Shown here in pieces: positions 21,277 to 32,995 of a stretch of DNA of 64,000 nucleotides. The stretch lies in assembly GCF_024223415.1 (NCBI RefSeq), contig NZ_CP100500.1; one strand, given 5' to 3'. Under the pieces are notes generated by a model. It saw only the letters and a list, made by a program, of their open reading frames with translations, did not search any database and was not told where the DNA came from. The first letter of the stretch is position 1. Each line of letters opens with the position of its first letter. The DNA comes from Escherichia coli. Lineage in GTDB: Bacteria > Pseudomonadota > Gammaproteobacteria > Enterobacterales > Enterobacteriaceae. A program made the translations under genes and the position numbers.

Positions 21277-22002
21277 TCAGTGCTCCATAGTGAATTCAAT
21301 CATGTCGGCGCGCGTCAGGCTGACGGAGTACTCCGCCGGGCTGCTTTCACCGTCACGGTGGTTAAGGGTGCGCACGCACAGCAGCGGCGACATATTCGGA
21401 ATTTCAAGACGCTGGCACTCTTTGGCCTGGGCGCGGCGGGCGCTGATCCGCGTCTGGCTGCGGCGCAGTGCAATCCCCGTTTGCTCGCGCAGAAAATCGT
21501 GCAGCGAGCCGCTGTCGAAGCGTTGCAGCGTCGGCCAGAGGGTGAGGTCCGCGAAGTAGTGGTCGATTAAACAGAGCGCGATGCCGTTGACCCGGCGCAG
21601 GGTGCGCAGGTGGATAACGTTCTCGCCCTCCTTGATCCCCAGCGCGTCTGCCACGTGACCAGACGCCGGGCGCAGCACCGACAGCAGTTTTTCGCTGGTG
21701 GGGTGGCTGCCCTGATCCAGCAGATTCTGGCTAAAACGCGCCTGGGCGTTAAGCGGGTAATCGAACGGGCGCATCAGCACCAGCACGCCGACGCCCTGAC
21801 GGCGCTGTACCCAGCCTTTTTCCACCAGTTGGTCGATAGCGCGGCGCAGGGTGTGGCGATTCACCTCAAAACGCGCCGCCAGTTGCTGCTCGGCGGGAAG
21901 ATAGTCGCCGCAGCGGTAGTGTTGACGAAGCTCCTGCTCAAGTTTTGCGGCTATCTCCTGATAGCGTGTTGGGTAGCTGGTCGGATGTGTAGACAAGTGC
22001 AT
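21277..22002 (-). CDS. phnF: GntR-family repressor PhnF
   Basis: ORF 21277..22011; winged-helix N-terminus and UTRA-type C-terminus; recalled start MHLSTHPTSYPTRYQEIA. Confidence 0.9.
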   Translation of the reverse strand: MHLSTHPTSYPTRYQEIAAKLEQELRQHYRCGDYLPAEQQLAARFEVNRHTLRRAIDQLVEKGWVQRRQGVGVLVLMRPFDYPLNAQARFSQNLLDQGSHPTSEKLLSVLRPASGHVADALGIKEGENVIHLRTLRRVNGIALCLIDHYFADLTLWPTLQRFDSGSLHDFLREQTGIALRRSQTRISARRAQAKECQRLEIPNMSPLLCVRTLNHRDGESSPAEYSVSLTRADMIEFTMEH

Positions 22003-22022
22003 AGCTATCAATGCCTCGCTAA

Positions 22023-22802
22023 TCAGATAAAGTGCTTACGCAACCGTTGAGAGAGGAAATCCAGCAGGCTGACCGTGACGATGATAAGCACCATCAGGGC
22101 GCAGGTTTGCTGGAACTGGAAACCGCGAATCGCTTCCCACAGCGTGACGCCGATCCCGCCCGCGCCGACCATGCCGACGACGGTCGCCGAGCGGACGTTG
22201 GATTCGAAGCGATAGAGGGAGTAGGAGATAAGCAGCGGCATCACCTGCGGCAGCACGCCGTAGAGGATCTCTTCGAGCTTGTTGGCGCCGGTGGCGCGAA
22301 TGCCTTCCACCGGGCCGGGTTCAATCGCTTCCACCGCTTCGGAAAGCAGCTTGGAGAGCACGCCGGTGGTGTGGATAAACAGCGCCAGCACGCCAGCGAA
22401 TGGGCCGAGGCCGACGGCGACCACGAACAGCATGGCGAAGACCATTTCGTTAATGGCGCGGCAGGCGTCCATCAGGCGGCGAACGGGCTGGTAAACCCAC
22501 CACGGCACCAGGTTTTCGGCGCTCATCAGGCCGAAGGGGATGGAGAGAACCACCGCCAGCGCGGTGCCCCAGACGGCGATTTGCAGCGTGACGAGCATTT
22601 CGGTGAGGTAATCCTGCCACTGGCTGAAATCAGGCGGGAAGAAGTCGGCGGCGAAAGTCGCCATGTTGCCGCCGTCTTTAATCAGCGTGAGCGGGGCCAT
22701 TTCCGCGCCCTGCCACGAGACGACCAGCACGGCGAGTACAACGGCCCAGCTCAGAAGCGAGAACCAGCTGCGCTTGGGTGGGGCGATGGTGATGGTTTGC
22801 AT
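22023..22802 (-). CDS. phnE: Phosphonate ABC transporter permease PhnE (intact reading frame)
   Basis: ORF 22023..22826 uninterrupted; polytopic membrane protein; K-12 phnE is recalled as frameshifted. Confidence 0.88.
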   Translation of the reverse strand: MQTITIAPPKRSWFSLLSWAVVLAVLVVSWQGAEMAPLTLIKDGGNMATFAADFFPPDFSQWQDYLTEMLVTLQIAVWGTALAVVLSIPFGLMSAENLVPWWVYQPVRRLMDACRAINEMVFAMLFVVAVGLGPFAGVLALFIHTTGVLSKLLSEAVEAIEPGPVEGIRATGANKLEEILYGVLPQVMPLLISYSLYRFESNVRSATVVGMVGAGGIGVTLWEAIRGFQFQQTCALMVLIIVTVSLLDFLSQRLRKHFI

Positions 22803-22834
22803 GTTTGGCTCCGTGATAGTGTGCACGATCGGTT

Positions 22835-22925
22835 CCCTCGCCCCTTCGGGGAGAGGGTTAGGGTGAGGGGCAACGTGCGCGCCGATCCCCTCACCCCGGC
22901 CCTCTCCCCAAAGGGGAGAGGGAGA
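22835..22925. repeat. GC-rich palindromic interspersed element (~90 bp)
   Basis: Two arms cccttcggggagagggttagggtgagggg / cccctcaccccggccctctccccaaagggg are inverted copies; motif shared with 13869..13903. Confidence 0.65.
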
Positions 22926-22931
22926 AAACCA

Positions 22932-23948
22932 TTACTGCACCGCTTTACTCACCGAACTCATCGCGCTTAACGCGTTGTTCAGGCGGTCCAGGTCATCCAG
23001 CTGCGCCTGAATGGCGGTGGTTTTCGCCAGCTTGTCCTGCTCATTCAGCCCTTTATTGCCTTTCACGCCCTGCATCTCTTTAAACAGCGCGAGCTGGCGA
23101 ATCGGCACCAGTTGCAGGTCGCTGGAGGCGCGGAACGGCGCCCAGCCCAGGCGTTCCAGCACCGCTTTCTCTTCCGGCGTTTTTCCGTAGTTCATAAAGA
23201 AGTCGTAGATCTTGTCTTTGGTGGTTTCGGACAGATTCTTGCGCCAGACGATCGGATCGCCTGGGATCAGCGGCGATTTCCAGATCACTTTCAGTTCTTT
23301 CAACTTCTCCGGCGCGGAGGTTTTCAGCTTGTCGAGGTTCTCGGTGTTGTTAGTGGCAACATCCACCTGCTTGTTGGCGACGGCCAGCGCGTTGGTTTCA
23401 TGCCCGGCGTTGACGGTGCGCTTGAAGTCGCTGGCGGAGATATTGTTTTTGGCGAAGACGTAGTAGCCGGGGACGAGGAAGCCAGAGGTGGAGTTAGGAT
23501 CGCCATTGCCGAAGGTGAGATCTTTCCGCTTCGCCAGCAGATCGCTCAGGTTGTTGATCGGGCTGTCTTTGTTGACGATTAACACGCTCCAGTAACCCGG
23601 CGATCCGTCCGCCGCGACGGTCTGAGCGAAGACCTGGCCGTTGGCGCGATCCACCGCTTCCATCGCCGACAGGTTGCCGTACCAGGCGATATCCACTTTG
23701 TTGAAGCGCATTCCCTGGATAATGCCCGCGTAGTCCGGGGCAAAGAAGGCGTTGACCTTCACGCCAAGCTTCTTCTCCATATCCTGTAAAAACGGCGTCC
23801 ATTGTGGTTTCAGGTTTTGCTGTGATTCCGTTGAAATAATGCCGAAATTCAGCGCCTTTTCCTGTTCTTCGGCGTGTGCCGGGCTTAACAGGGTGCTGAG
23901 GCTGAACATGCTGGTGAAGGCCAGCGAGGCAATTATCTTAGCGTTCAT
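22932..23948 (-). CDS. phnD: Phosphonate ABC transporter periplasmic binding protein PhnD
   Basis: 338-aa ORF with signal peptide; matches recalled PhnD. Confidence 0.92.
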   Translation of the reverse strand: MNAKIIASLAFTSMFSLSTLLSPAHAEEQEKALNFGIISTESQQNLKPQWTPFLQDMEKKLGVKVNAFFAPDYAGIIQGMRFNKVDIAWYGNLSAMEAVDRANGQVFAQTVAADGSPGYWSVLIVNKDSPINNLSDLLAKRKDLTFGNGDPNSTSGFLVPGYYVFAKNNISASDFKRTVNAGHETNALAVANKQVDVATNNTENLDKLKTSAPEKLKELKVIWKSPLIPGDPIVWRKNLSETTKDKIYDFFMNYGKTPEEKAVLERLGWAPFRASSDLQLVPIRQLALFKEMQGVKGNKGLNEQDKLAKTTAIQAQLDDLDRLNNALSAMSSVSKAVQ

Positions 23949-23972
23949 TCGTTTTCCTCAATGATGGGGATG

Positions 23973-24761
23973 TCAGGCAGCTTTCGCGTTCTCTTCGACG
24001 CGGTTGATGCTGCGGTAGAGATGGTCAAAACGTTCGTTATCAAACTGTTGGCTGCTGCCGTCGTAGAAGACGTGCCCCTGACGCAGGGCGACGATGCGCT
24101 CGCAGTAGCGCAGGGCGTAATCCACCTGATGTAGCGTGACGACCACGGTGATGCCGTCGTTCTGGTTGATGTCGCGCAGGATGTCCATCACGATGCGCGC
24201 CGATTCCGGGTCCAGCGAGGCGATCGGTTCGTCGGCGAGAATCACCTTCGCCTGCTGCATCAGCGCGCGGGCAATCGCTACACGCTGCTGCTGTCCGCCG
24301 GAGAGGGTGGAAATGCGCTGATGGGCAAAATGCACCATGCCAACACGGGTCAGCGCCTGTAACGCGCGCTGTTTCTGCTCGCGGGTGAACCAGCTAAAAC
24401 AGGTGCGCCAGAACGGCGTGCTGCCGAGCGCGCCAATCAGCACGTTCTCCAGTACGCTCAGGCGATTCACCAGGTTGAATTGTTGGAAGATGTAGCCGGT
24501 GTTGGCGCGGCTTTTGCGGATATCGCGGGCCAGACGGCCATTTTGCTGGACGGTACGGCCCAGCAGTTCGACGCGGCATTCTGGCTTTTTATCGCCGACA
24601 ATCAGGCCGCTTAAGTGACGTAAAAGGGTGGATTTGCCGGAACCCGACGGCCCAAGCAGAGCCACCATTTCACCGTGATGAATGTTCAGATCAACCGCAT
24701 GCAGCGCCTGATGCTGATTGAAGGTTTTGGCGAGCTTCTCGACACGGATAATCGTTTGCAT
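23973..24761 (-). CDS. phnC: Phosphonate ABC transporter ATPase PhnC
   Basis: 262-aa ORF; Walker [10 protein letters not shown], signature LSGGQQQR. Confidence 0.92.
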   Translation of the reverse strand: MQTIIRVEKLAKTFNQHQALHAVDLNIHHGEMVALLGPSGSGKSTLLRHLSGLIVGDKKPECRVELLGRTVQQNGRLARDIRKSRANTGYIFQQFNLVNRLSVLENVLIGALGSTPFWRTCFSWFTREQKQRALQALTRVGMVHFAHQRISTLSGGQQQRVAIARALMQQAKVILADEPIASLDPESARIVMDILRDINQNDGITVVVTLHQVDYALRYCERIVALRQGHVFYDGSSQQFDNERFDHLYRSINRVEENAKAA

Positions 24762-24827
24762 GATGCAGCCTCCCTAAAAAAGTGGCTCCATCGTGGCGGA
24801 TTATTGTGACGATTTGGTTAATTAAAA

Positions 24828-24867
24828 GTGACTAACAGATGAAGAGTTAACGGGAATTCGATGACAG
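24828..24867 (-). promoter_or_regulatory. Pho box (PhoB binding site) of the phnC promoter
   Basis: On the phnC coding strand: CTGTCAT-cgaa-TTCCCGT-taac-TCTTCAT-ctgt-TAGTCAC, i.e. 7-bp repeats with 4-bp spacers about 60-100 bp upstream of phnC. Confidence 0.7.
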
Positions 24868-24893
24868 TGCGGGAGGGCGGGCCTCCCGGCGGA

Positions 24894-25337
24894 TTATTGC
24901 GTTGGTTGTTGTTTGACGACATTAATCATCCACGGTACGCCAAATTTATCGGTGACTTTGCCGAAGCCATGCGCCCAGAAAGTTTCCTGCCAAGCCATTT
25001 CGATTTTTCCGTTGGCGGCAAGATTGTCAAACCAGCGTTTTCCTTCTTCGACCTGTTGCGAATCGAGCACCAGCGTAAAGCCGGAGTAGCTGGCTTTTCC
25101 TGACGGCATGGCATCGCTCATCATGATGTCGCTTCCGGCAATGCGCACGTTGGCATGAGCGATGGCGGTATCGGGAAATTGCATTCCGGAAGGGCAGTTC
25201 TCGGCGCTGTCCTGCGCTGATTTTGGCATTTCGCCGAAGCTGATTTTATAGAGCAGTTCCGCGCCCAATGTGCGTTGATAATAAGCAATCGCGTCGGCAC
25301 AGTTACCGGCAAAAGAGAGGTAGGGACTTAACGGCAT
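24894..25337 (-). CDS. phnB: PhnB-like glyoxalase/bleomycin-resistance fold protein (YjdN)
   Basis: 147-aa ORF matching recalled YjdN/PhnB. Confidence 0.85.
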   Translation of the reverse strand: MPLSPYLSFAGNCADAIAYYQRTLGAELLYKISFGEMPKSAQDSAENCPSGMQFPDTAIAHANVRIAGSDIMMSDAMPSGKASYSGFTLVLDSQQVEEGKRWFDNLAANGKIEMAWQETFWAHGFGKVTDKFGVPWMINVVKQQPTQ

Positions 25338-25400
25338 GATGGTGACCTCAGTTAAGAGAAGCCAGTTAAGTGTAGTTCGAAATTTATACAGATGAGAGGC

Positions 25401-25519
<119 letters not shown>

Positions 25520-26049
25520 TGAACTGCACCCCAAATGTTGGACATAATCTGACATCTGAAGGTGCAGTTTATGAAACATTCATTTGAAGTAAAACTTGCC
25601 GCTGTAAATCATTACCTGGCCGGTCATGCAGGCATCATTTCTACGGCAAAACTCTTTCAACTTTCTCACACCAGCCTCTCACACTGGATTAATCTTTTTC
25701 TTCTTCACGGTCCTCAGGCACTGGATTGCAGACACAAGCGTAGCTATTCTCCTGAAGATAAACTTTGCGTGGTTCTTTATGCTCTCGGGCATTCTGAGTC
25801 TCTACCCCGGGTAGCTGCCCGGTTTAACATTCCCAGCCACAACATGGTTAAAAACTGGATAAAAGGCTACCGCAAATCTGGTAATGAGGCCTTTATCAGG
25901 CGCAGGAAGGAGAAAAGCATGACCCGTTCTGATGATACCCATGAAAACGAGGCAAACATGACGCCGGAAGAGATGAAGAATGAGCTGCGTTATCTTCGCG
26001 CAGAAAATGCATATCTGAAAGCCATGCAGGAGCATCTCCTGGAAAAAAA

Positions 26050-26951
<902 letters not shown>

Positions 26952-26970
26952 CCAGCGTCGCATCAGGCAT
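26952..26970. repeat. Distal half of the REP unit split by the IS
   Basis: ccagcgtcgcatcaggc directly abuts the IS right end; pairs with gcctgataagacgcg left of the IS. Confidence 0.7.
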
Positions 26971-26977
26971 TCACACA

Positions 26978-27001
26978 TTGCCGGGTGGATATCCCCGGCA
27001 A
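26978..27001 (-). terminator. Hairpin downstream of gltP (putative terminator)
   Basis: Inverted repeat ttgccgggtggatatccccggcaa immediately 3' of the gltP stop. Confidence 0.45.
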
Positions 27002-27008
27002 TCTTCAA

Positions 27009-28322
27009 TTATTGATCCGCAGTTTTATCAAATTTGCCCAGCACTTCACGCTCATAAGCCAGCGCTTTCTTACGGTCAAATTTGTGTTCCCACTTGGCAA
27101 TCACCAGCACCGCCAGTGCATTACCCACCACGTTCAGCGCAGTACGCGCCATATCGAGGATACGGTCAACACCGGCAATAAACGCCAGACCTTCCAGCGG
27201 AATACCTACGCTACCCAGCGTTGCCAGCAACACCACAAACGACACGCCCGGCACGCCAGCAATCCCTTTCGAGGTCACCATCAGCGTCAGCACCAGAATG
27301 ATTTCCTGCCAGATGGACAGGTCAATGCCATACAGCTGAGCGATGAAAATAGCGGCAATACTTTGGTACAGCGTCGAACCATCAAGGTTAAAAGAGTAAC
27401 CGGTCGGCACCACGAAACTGGTGATCGACGCCGGTGCTCCGTAGGCTTCCATCTTCTCAATAATTCGCGGCAGTACGCTTTCAGAGCTGGCAGTGGAGTA
27501 CGCCAGAATCAGCTCATCTTTCAGAATACGAATCAGGATCCAGACGCTTAACCCGCACAGGCGCGCCACAATTCCCAGCACTACCAGCGCGAAGAACAGA
27601 ATGGCGAAATGCACCAGCAGCACCAGTTTCGCCAGTGGCCACAGAGAAGAGAAACCAAAGTTAGCCACCGTCACCGCAATCAGCGCAAACACACCCACCG
27701 GCGCATAACGCATCACCATGTGAGTCACTTTAAACATGGTTTCAGAGATGGAGCGGAACACGGTCACCAGCGGTTCACGATGCGTCGCGGGCAGGGAGGA
27801 AAGCCCCAAACCAAACAGCACCGAGAAGAAGATGATCGGCAGCATTTCGCCTTTCGCCATCGACGCCACAATGTTCGTCGGCACCAGCGACAAAATCGTG
27901 CCCATAATGCCGTGGGAACTGCTTTGTACCGCTTCCGTAGTGCTCTGATATTTCGAGATATCGACGGTCGCCAACTGCGACATATCCACCCCGGCACCGG
28001 GCTGGAAGACGTTCGCCAGAGTGATCCCCAAAATGATGGCAACGGTGGTGATCACCTCGAAGTAGATAATGGTTTTCGCGCCAATACGCCCGAGCTGTTT
28101 GGCATCACCAACACCCGCGATACCCACCACCAGCGTGGAGATCACAATCGGCACAACAATCATTTTGATCAGATGGATGAAGATATCACCCGCCGGAGAG
28201 AGCAAATTGACGACCAGCCAGTCGCGGCTGTCGCTATGGTAGTGCAGGTAGCTTCCCAGGAGAATGCCCAGCACCATAGCAAACAGAATCTGCCAGGCCA
28301 GGCTGAATTTTATATTTTTCAT
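27009..28322 (-). CDS. gltP: Glutamate/aspartate:proton symporter GltP
   Basis: 437-aa ORF matching recalled GltP (MKNIKFSLAWQILFAMVLGILLG…). Confidence 0.93.
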   Translation of the reverse strand: MKNIKFSLAWQILFAMVLGILLGSYLHYHSDSRDWLVVNLLSPAGDIFIHLIKMIVVPIVISTLVVGIAGVGDAKQLGRIGAKTIIYFEVITTVAIILGITLANVFQPGAGVDMSQLATVDISKYQSTTEAVQSSSHGIMGTILSLVPTNIVASMAKGEMLPIIFFSVLFGLGLSSLPATHREPLVTVFRSISETMFKVTHMVMRYAPVGVFALIAVTVANFGFSSLWPLAKLVLLVHFAILFFALVVLGIVARLCGLSVWILIRILKDELILAYSTASSESVLPRIIEKMEAYGAPASITSFVVPTGYSFNLDGSTLYQSIAAIFIAQLYGIDLSIWQEIILVLTLMVTSKGIAGVPGVSFVVLLATLGSVGIPLEGLAFIAGVDRILDMARTALNVVGNALAVLVIAKWEHKFDRKKALAYEREVLGKFDKTADQ

Positions 28323-28663
28323 CAGAATAACTTCCTCAATGGAGCGCCGTTCCCCGTTCAGAAACGCGAGAACGTGACATACTGCCAGGGCATGAATTGT
28401 GTTGCGTTGGTTTGTAGATTTTTTTAACGCTTATGATCAGTATCATTTGCGCGGTATGTTGCGCAACCCTTTAACAACAGAGCTTTTCGCTGCATTAATG
28501 CATAATAACGCGAGTTTATGGCAGGATTAATGAATAACCATTTGTTATGGAAAGATTTTTATTTGTTTAATCTGCAATAATACTGATTAGTGATTATTTT
28601 TGGCATATGTTCATTCGATTATTTTTTATGCAGCTCAATAACATAATCTTCATCACCAGATGA

Positions 28664-29260
28664 TTAATCCGATCTCCGCTGCAACAATTTCGCCATATTA
28701 ATCGACTCGACCAGCTGTGTCCGGTTGATCCGGGGTGAGTTGAGATCCATCACTTTTTGCCATAGTTCTATGGCTTGCGCGTAATTCGCCTGCATAAACG
28801 CATCGGAAGCCAGCAGCATCAGAGCGGTGATTTCGTTAGAGTCCAGCGCGAGGGCTTTGTCGATCATTGCGCGAGTCTGGGCGGTCATATGCTGGCTGGC
28901 CTGGTAATAAAGCACCGTCGCCAGCGCCGCATACAGTTCAGCGTTCTCACCACGTAGTTGCAACGCCTGACGGTACGCCAGCAGCGAATTGCTGTAATCG
29001 TTTTGCCACAGATAGTACTCGCCCAGTAACGCCCACTGTTCGCTGTTTTGTGGATTAGCGCGGATTTTATCCTGCAATGCCTGAAGCTGCGCTTCCGGGG
29101 TTTGCTGGCTGGCAAACTGATGTAGCGGATCGCGCTGACGCTGATACTCCGCACGTACCGCCTGCCATTTTGGGCTTAACAGATAACTGCCGACACAGAG
29201 GAATACCATCAATATCGTGAGTGTTGTCAGCATTTTCACCGGTATTTGAGGCTGTTTCAT
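28664..29260 (-). CDS. nrfG: Formate-dependent nitrite reductase complex TPR protein NrfG
   Basis: ORF 28664..29326; recalled start [16 protein letters not shown] repeats. Confidence 0.88.
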   Translation of the reverse strand: MKQPQIPVKMLTTLTILMVFLCVGSYLLSPKWQAVRAEYQRQRDPLHQFASQQTPEAQLQALQDKIRANPQNSEQWALLGEYYLWQNDYSNSLLAYRQALQLRGENAELYAALATVLYYQASQHMTAQTRAMIDKALALDSNEITALMLLASDAFMQANYAQAIELWQKVMDLNSPRINRTQLVESINMAKLLQRRSD

Positions 29261-29640
29261 CGCTTCGCCCTCACTCGCCAGAGGATCAGTGCCATCAGCA
29301 GTAACAACACCACTGGCAGCGCCCACAACACCAGCGTCTGACCCGTTAACGGTGGGTTATAGCGAACAAAATCTCCGTAGCGTTCGGTCATCCAGCCAAT
29401 GATTTCGACTTCACTTTTCCCCTCCGCCACCATGCTGTAAACCTGATGGCGCATACTGACTGCCACCGGCGCGTTGGATTCCAGTAAGTTTTGATTCTGG
29501 CACTGCGGACAACGTAACTGGCTGGCAATATTTAACGCCTGTTGCTGTTGTTGCGGATTGGCGAATTGCCAGGTGTCTACAACCTGAGCGCGCGCAAAAC
29601 AGGTAAATAACAGCAGTAGCGTGAGAAGCCCTTTATACAT
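29257..29640 (-). CDS. nrfF: Cytochrome c-type biogenesis protein NrfF
   Basis: 127-aa ORF; CcmH-like with CPQCQNQ motif. Confidence 0.9.
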   Translation of the reverse strand: MYKGLLTLLLLFTCFARAQVVDTWQFANPQQQQQALNIASQLRCPQCQNQNLLESNAPVAVSMRHQVYSMVAEGKSEVEIIGWMTERYGDFVRYNPPLTGQTLVLWALPVVLLLLMALILWRVRAKR

Positions 29641-31312
29641 CGCGCTTCTTCCCCCGCCATCCGCTTAACAATGCGCCCGCAATCATCAACAATCCTCCCC
29701 CCCAGATCCAGCGCACACCGCTTTGTACATACAAACGAAAAGCGTAACGATCCGCTCCGGTTTTTTCACCCATGACCGCATACCAGTCATGGATGCCGTT
29801 CCAGCGAATTGACGGTTCCATCATTTGCTGACGACGTGCTTCGTAAAAACGCCGCTCCGGCGTTAATTCACCAATGCGTTGCTGATGGTCAAACAGCGCC
29901 ACTATCGCTTTTTCGCTGGTGTAATTGCCTTTGGCTTGTAGATCGAGGCGCTCAAAACGGAAGGTGTATCCTGCCAGCATCACCTGCTGGCCCGGCTGTA
30001 AATTCAGGCTGATTTCCTGACGGCTGACGCTGGAAACCACGACCCCAGCGGCAAATAACAGCACGCCCGCATGAGCTACCAGCGCCGGAAGCTGCACGCG
30101 TTTGCCAGAGACAAACTTCGCCAGCACAATCACCACCAACATCAACAGACCAAACGGTAACGTCGCGCGGTTAAAATACGGTGCGCCAACGGAGAGGCGT
30201 CCCCAGCCCAGCAGGTCGTAAATCATCGGATAAAGCGTTCCCACCAGCACGATCAGTAGCACTGCGCAAAACAGCAACAGCGTAGCGAGGATTAACATTT
30301 CCCGCGATAACCCCGAAAAACGCACCGCCGGGCCACCGTCCCGCGCTCGCCAGCCATACAGAGCCAGAGACGCAAGGCTAATCAGTACAAACAGACTGAA
30401 CAACGGCACGGCGCGGACGTTATCCAGCGCGAACGCATGAACCGAAACCAGAATGCCAGAACGGACAATTAAGGTGCCCAGCAGCGACAGCATCAGAGTA
30501 ACTATCGCCAGTAACAGCGACCAGTGGCGAAAAATCCCCCGCTGGCGTGTCAGGGATAAACTGTGCAGCAACGCAGTGGCAGAAAGCCAGGGTAGTAAAG
30601 AGGCGTTTTCCACCGGATCCCAGAACCACCAGCCGCCCCAGCCCAGTTCGCAATAGGCCCACCAGGAACCGAGGATGATCCCCGCAGTTAATGCACTCCA
30701 GCCAGGTAACGCCCAGCGCCAGCAAATTCGGGCGCAGGCACCATCAAACTCGCCGCGCAGTAGACTCGCCAGCGCCACGCTCGCCGCTACCATCAAACCG
30801 CCATAGCCAAGGTAAAGCAGCGGTGGATGAAAGATAAGACCGGGATGTTGCAGCATCGGATTGAGATCGCGGCCTTCGATTGCTGGTGGAAATATCCGCA
30901 CGAAGGGATCGGACCACAGCACTACAAACAGTAGCAGTGCGGCGAGCATGAGAGATAAAACGGCTAACGTCAGCGGAAATAGCGGATCGGTTTGCTGCCG
31001 ATAATGCCAGGCAAACAGCGCGCTCCAGGCGGAAAGCAGCAGAACCCAAAGCAGCAGCGAACCTTCATGACCACCCCATACCGCCGCCAGTTTGAGTTCC
31101 CACGACAGCAGGCTGTAGCTATGTTGGGCGACATAAATGACCGAGAAATCGCTGATGAGAAAACAATACGTCAGTACGCCAAAGGCGAGCAGCAGGAGCG
31201 CGAACTGTGCCAGAATGCCGATGCAAGTGAGTCGCATCATGGCAGGCCAGCGCAACCGCACTCCCGCAAAGGCCGTCAACGGGGTCAACACGTTGACCCC
31301 GAGACTTAACAA
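29633..31312 (-). CDS. nrfE: Heme lyase NrfE (CcmF-like); exact start uncertain
   Basis: 559-aa polytopic ORF with CcmF-like tryptophan-rich motif; start may be slightly downstream of 31312. Confidence 0.88.
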   Translation of the reverse strand: MLSLGVNVLTPLTAFAGVRLRWPAMMRLTCIGILAQFALLLLAFGVLTYCFLISDFSVIYVAQHSYSLLSWELKLAAVWGGHEGSLLLWVLLLSAWSALFAWHYRQQTDPLFPLTLAVLSLMLAALLLFVVLWSDPFVRIFPPAIEGRDLNPMLQHPGLIFHPPLLYLGYGGLMVAASVALASLLRGEFDGACARICWRWALPGWSALTAGIILGSWWAYCELGWGGWWFWDPVENASLLPWLSATALLHSLSLTRQRGIFRHWSLLLAIVTLMLSLLGTLIVRSGILVSVHAFALDNVRAVPLFSLFVLISLASLALYGWRARDGGPAVRFSGLSREMLILATLLLFCAVLLIVLVGTLYPMIYDLLGWGRLSVGAPYFNRATLPFGLLMLVVIVLAKFVSGKRVQLPALVAHAGVLLFAAGVVVSSVSRQEISLNLQPGQQVMLAGYTFRFERLDLQAKGNYTSEKAIVALFDHQQRIGELTPERRFYEARRQQMMEPSIRWNGIHDWYAVMGEKTGADRYAFRLYVQSGVRWIWGGGLLMIAGALLSGWRGKKRDV

Positions 31313-31370
31313 CAGCGCCAGAAAACCGACTTCAGGAAGGAATACGTCCAGAAACCACCTCTGTTCTGGC

Positions 31371-32327
31371 TTACGCCACCGTTAACTGCCCGGCGTAGAG
31401 AATGAAAAATCGCAACATCAACACGCCGACCAGACTGGCCCCACACGCCGCCAGCACGGCAGGAATGCCGGAACTGCGATTGACCCACGGTTTGAGCAAC
31501 ATTGGCACAATCAGCCCCAGCCCGGCGACACCAAGCCAGAACCACCACGTCCAGAAACCGCCGCCCAATGCCGCCACCAGCGCACGCACTTTACCGTCAT
31601 CGCCCAGCGCCAGACCGACAAAAAACGCCACCAGCAGGAAGATTTCACCCCATACCACGGGGATTTCCATACGGTGTACAAACTGCGCTTCCGTGGAATG
31701 CGGGTTACTGCGTTGGCGTATCGCCATGGCGATCAGTGCCACCGCCGCACCGGACGAGATGCCGGAGAAGAGGAACAGCACCGGCAGGATCGGGTTATTA
31801 AGGAACGGATACGATTTCAGCGCCGACAGCAGAAAACCGGTATAAGCCCCCAACAACACCGCCAGCACCAGCATCAATGTTTCCAGTCCGCGATGAACGG
31901 GCGTCAGCAGGCTCAGAACCTTTTGCACGATCCCCAGCTTCGGCAACCAGCGTTGTTGCAGGGCAAGCAAATCATGTTCAAAGATTTTCGCCAGCCACAG
32001 CACCAGCACCACCATGTAAAGCTGAAACAGCATCACCCCCATCGACATCACCGAGGTAAAACTGTAGTGGAACATCAGCTTCCAGAAGGTCCACGGTCTT
32101 GTCAGGTGGAAGACGAGGATCAACAGACCGAGGATCACCGCGCCAGGTCCGACAATCAGCGTGGTGCGCAGCAACGTGCTGTCTGCACCGCCCGCCTGCG
32201 GGTAGAAGCGACGTAACAGCACGGCCAGCGTCACCAAACCAGCAGAAATACCAATCAAAAACAGGTAGATGGCAATCGGCCAGTCCCACACCAGCGATTC
32301 AAAATGAAATGCGGAAGTCTGCGTCAT
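31371..32327 (-). CDS. nrfD: Nitrite reductase membrane subunit NrfD (quinol dehydrogenase)
   Basis: 318-aa polytopic membrane ORF; operon position. Confidence 0.9.
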   Translation of the reverse strand: MTQTSAFHFESLVWDWPIAIYLFLIGISAGLVTLAVLLRRFYPQAGGADSTLLRTTLIVGPGAVILGLLILVFHLTRPWTFWKLMFHYSFTSVMSMGVMLFQLYMVVLVLWLAKIFEHDLLALQQRWLPKLGIVQKVLSLLTPVHRGLETLMLVLAVLLGAYTGFLLSALKSYPFLNNPILPVLFLFSGISSGAAVALIAMAIRQRSNPHSTEAQFVHRMEIPVVWGEIFLLVAFFVGLALGDDGKVRALVAALGGGFWTWWFWLGVAGLGLIVPMLLKPWVNRSSGIPAVLAACGASLVGVLMLRFFILYAGQLTVA

Positions 32328-32995
32328 TGGCTCACCTCCCCGTATTTAAACGGTACGCGGTACAGCTTCGGTTTGGTTCCCAGCGCCAGCTTGTAGCGGT
32401 AAGTAGGCTTCTGGCGCAGCAGTTGCGAAATCTCACTGTTAGGATCGTCCAGATTGCCAAACGTCAGCGCCTTCGTCGGGCAAGCCTCAACGCACGCGGG
32501 CAGCTTACCGGCCTGCAAATTGGTCTTACGGCAGAAATCGCATTTGTCCGCCGTCTTCGTGACCGGATGGATAAAGCGCACGCGGTACGGACAGGCGGCG
32601 ATGCAGTACTGACAACCGACGCAGAGATCAGGATTAACATCGACAATCCCGCTAGCGGCATCACGAAAAGACGCACCGGTCGGGCAGACGTCAACGCACG
32701 GCGCATGATCGCAGTGCTGGCAAGACTTACGGAAGAAGCGATATTTCACATCAGGAAATTCGCCCTGCGGCTCGCTACGAATAATCGTCAGGCGTGAGAC
32801 GCCTTCCGGCACCTTGTTCACTTCCCGACAAGCATCCATACAGGCGGTACAGCCGATGCATAACGACTCGTCATGCACCATGCCGTAACGCACCCCATTG
32901 ATATTCAACGTTTTCGCCACCACGCGCCCTGCGGTGCCGCTGACGGCTGCCAGCACGCCGACGCCGGTGAGAAACTGGCGACGAGACCAGGTCAT
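32324..32995 (-). CDS. nrfC: Nitrite reductase 4Fe-4S ferredoxin subunit NrfC
   Basis: 223-aa ORF with Tat-like signal (SRRQFLTG) and four CxxCxxCxxxCP clusters. Confidence 0.92.
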   Translation of the reverse strand: MTWSRRQFLTGVGVLAAVSGTAGRVVAKTLNINGVRYGMVHDESLCIGCTACMDACREVNKVPEGVSRLTIIRSEPQGEFPDVKYRFFRKSCQHCDHAPCVDVCPTGASFRDAASGIVDVNPDLCVGCQYCIAACPYRVRFIHPVTKTADKCDFCRKTNLQAGKLPACVEACPTKALTFGNLDDPNSEISQLLRQKPTYRYKLALGTKPKLYRVPFKYGEVSQ

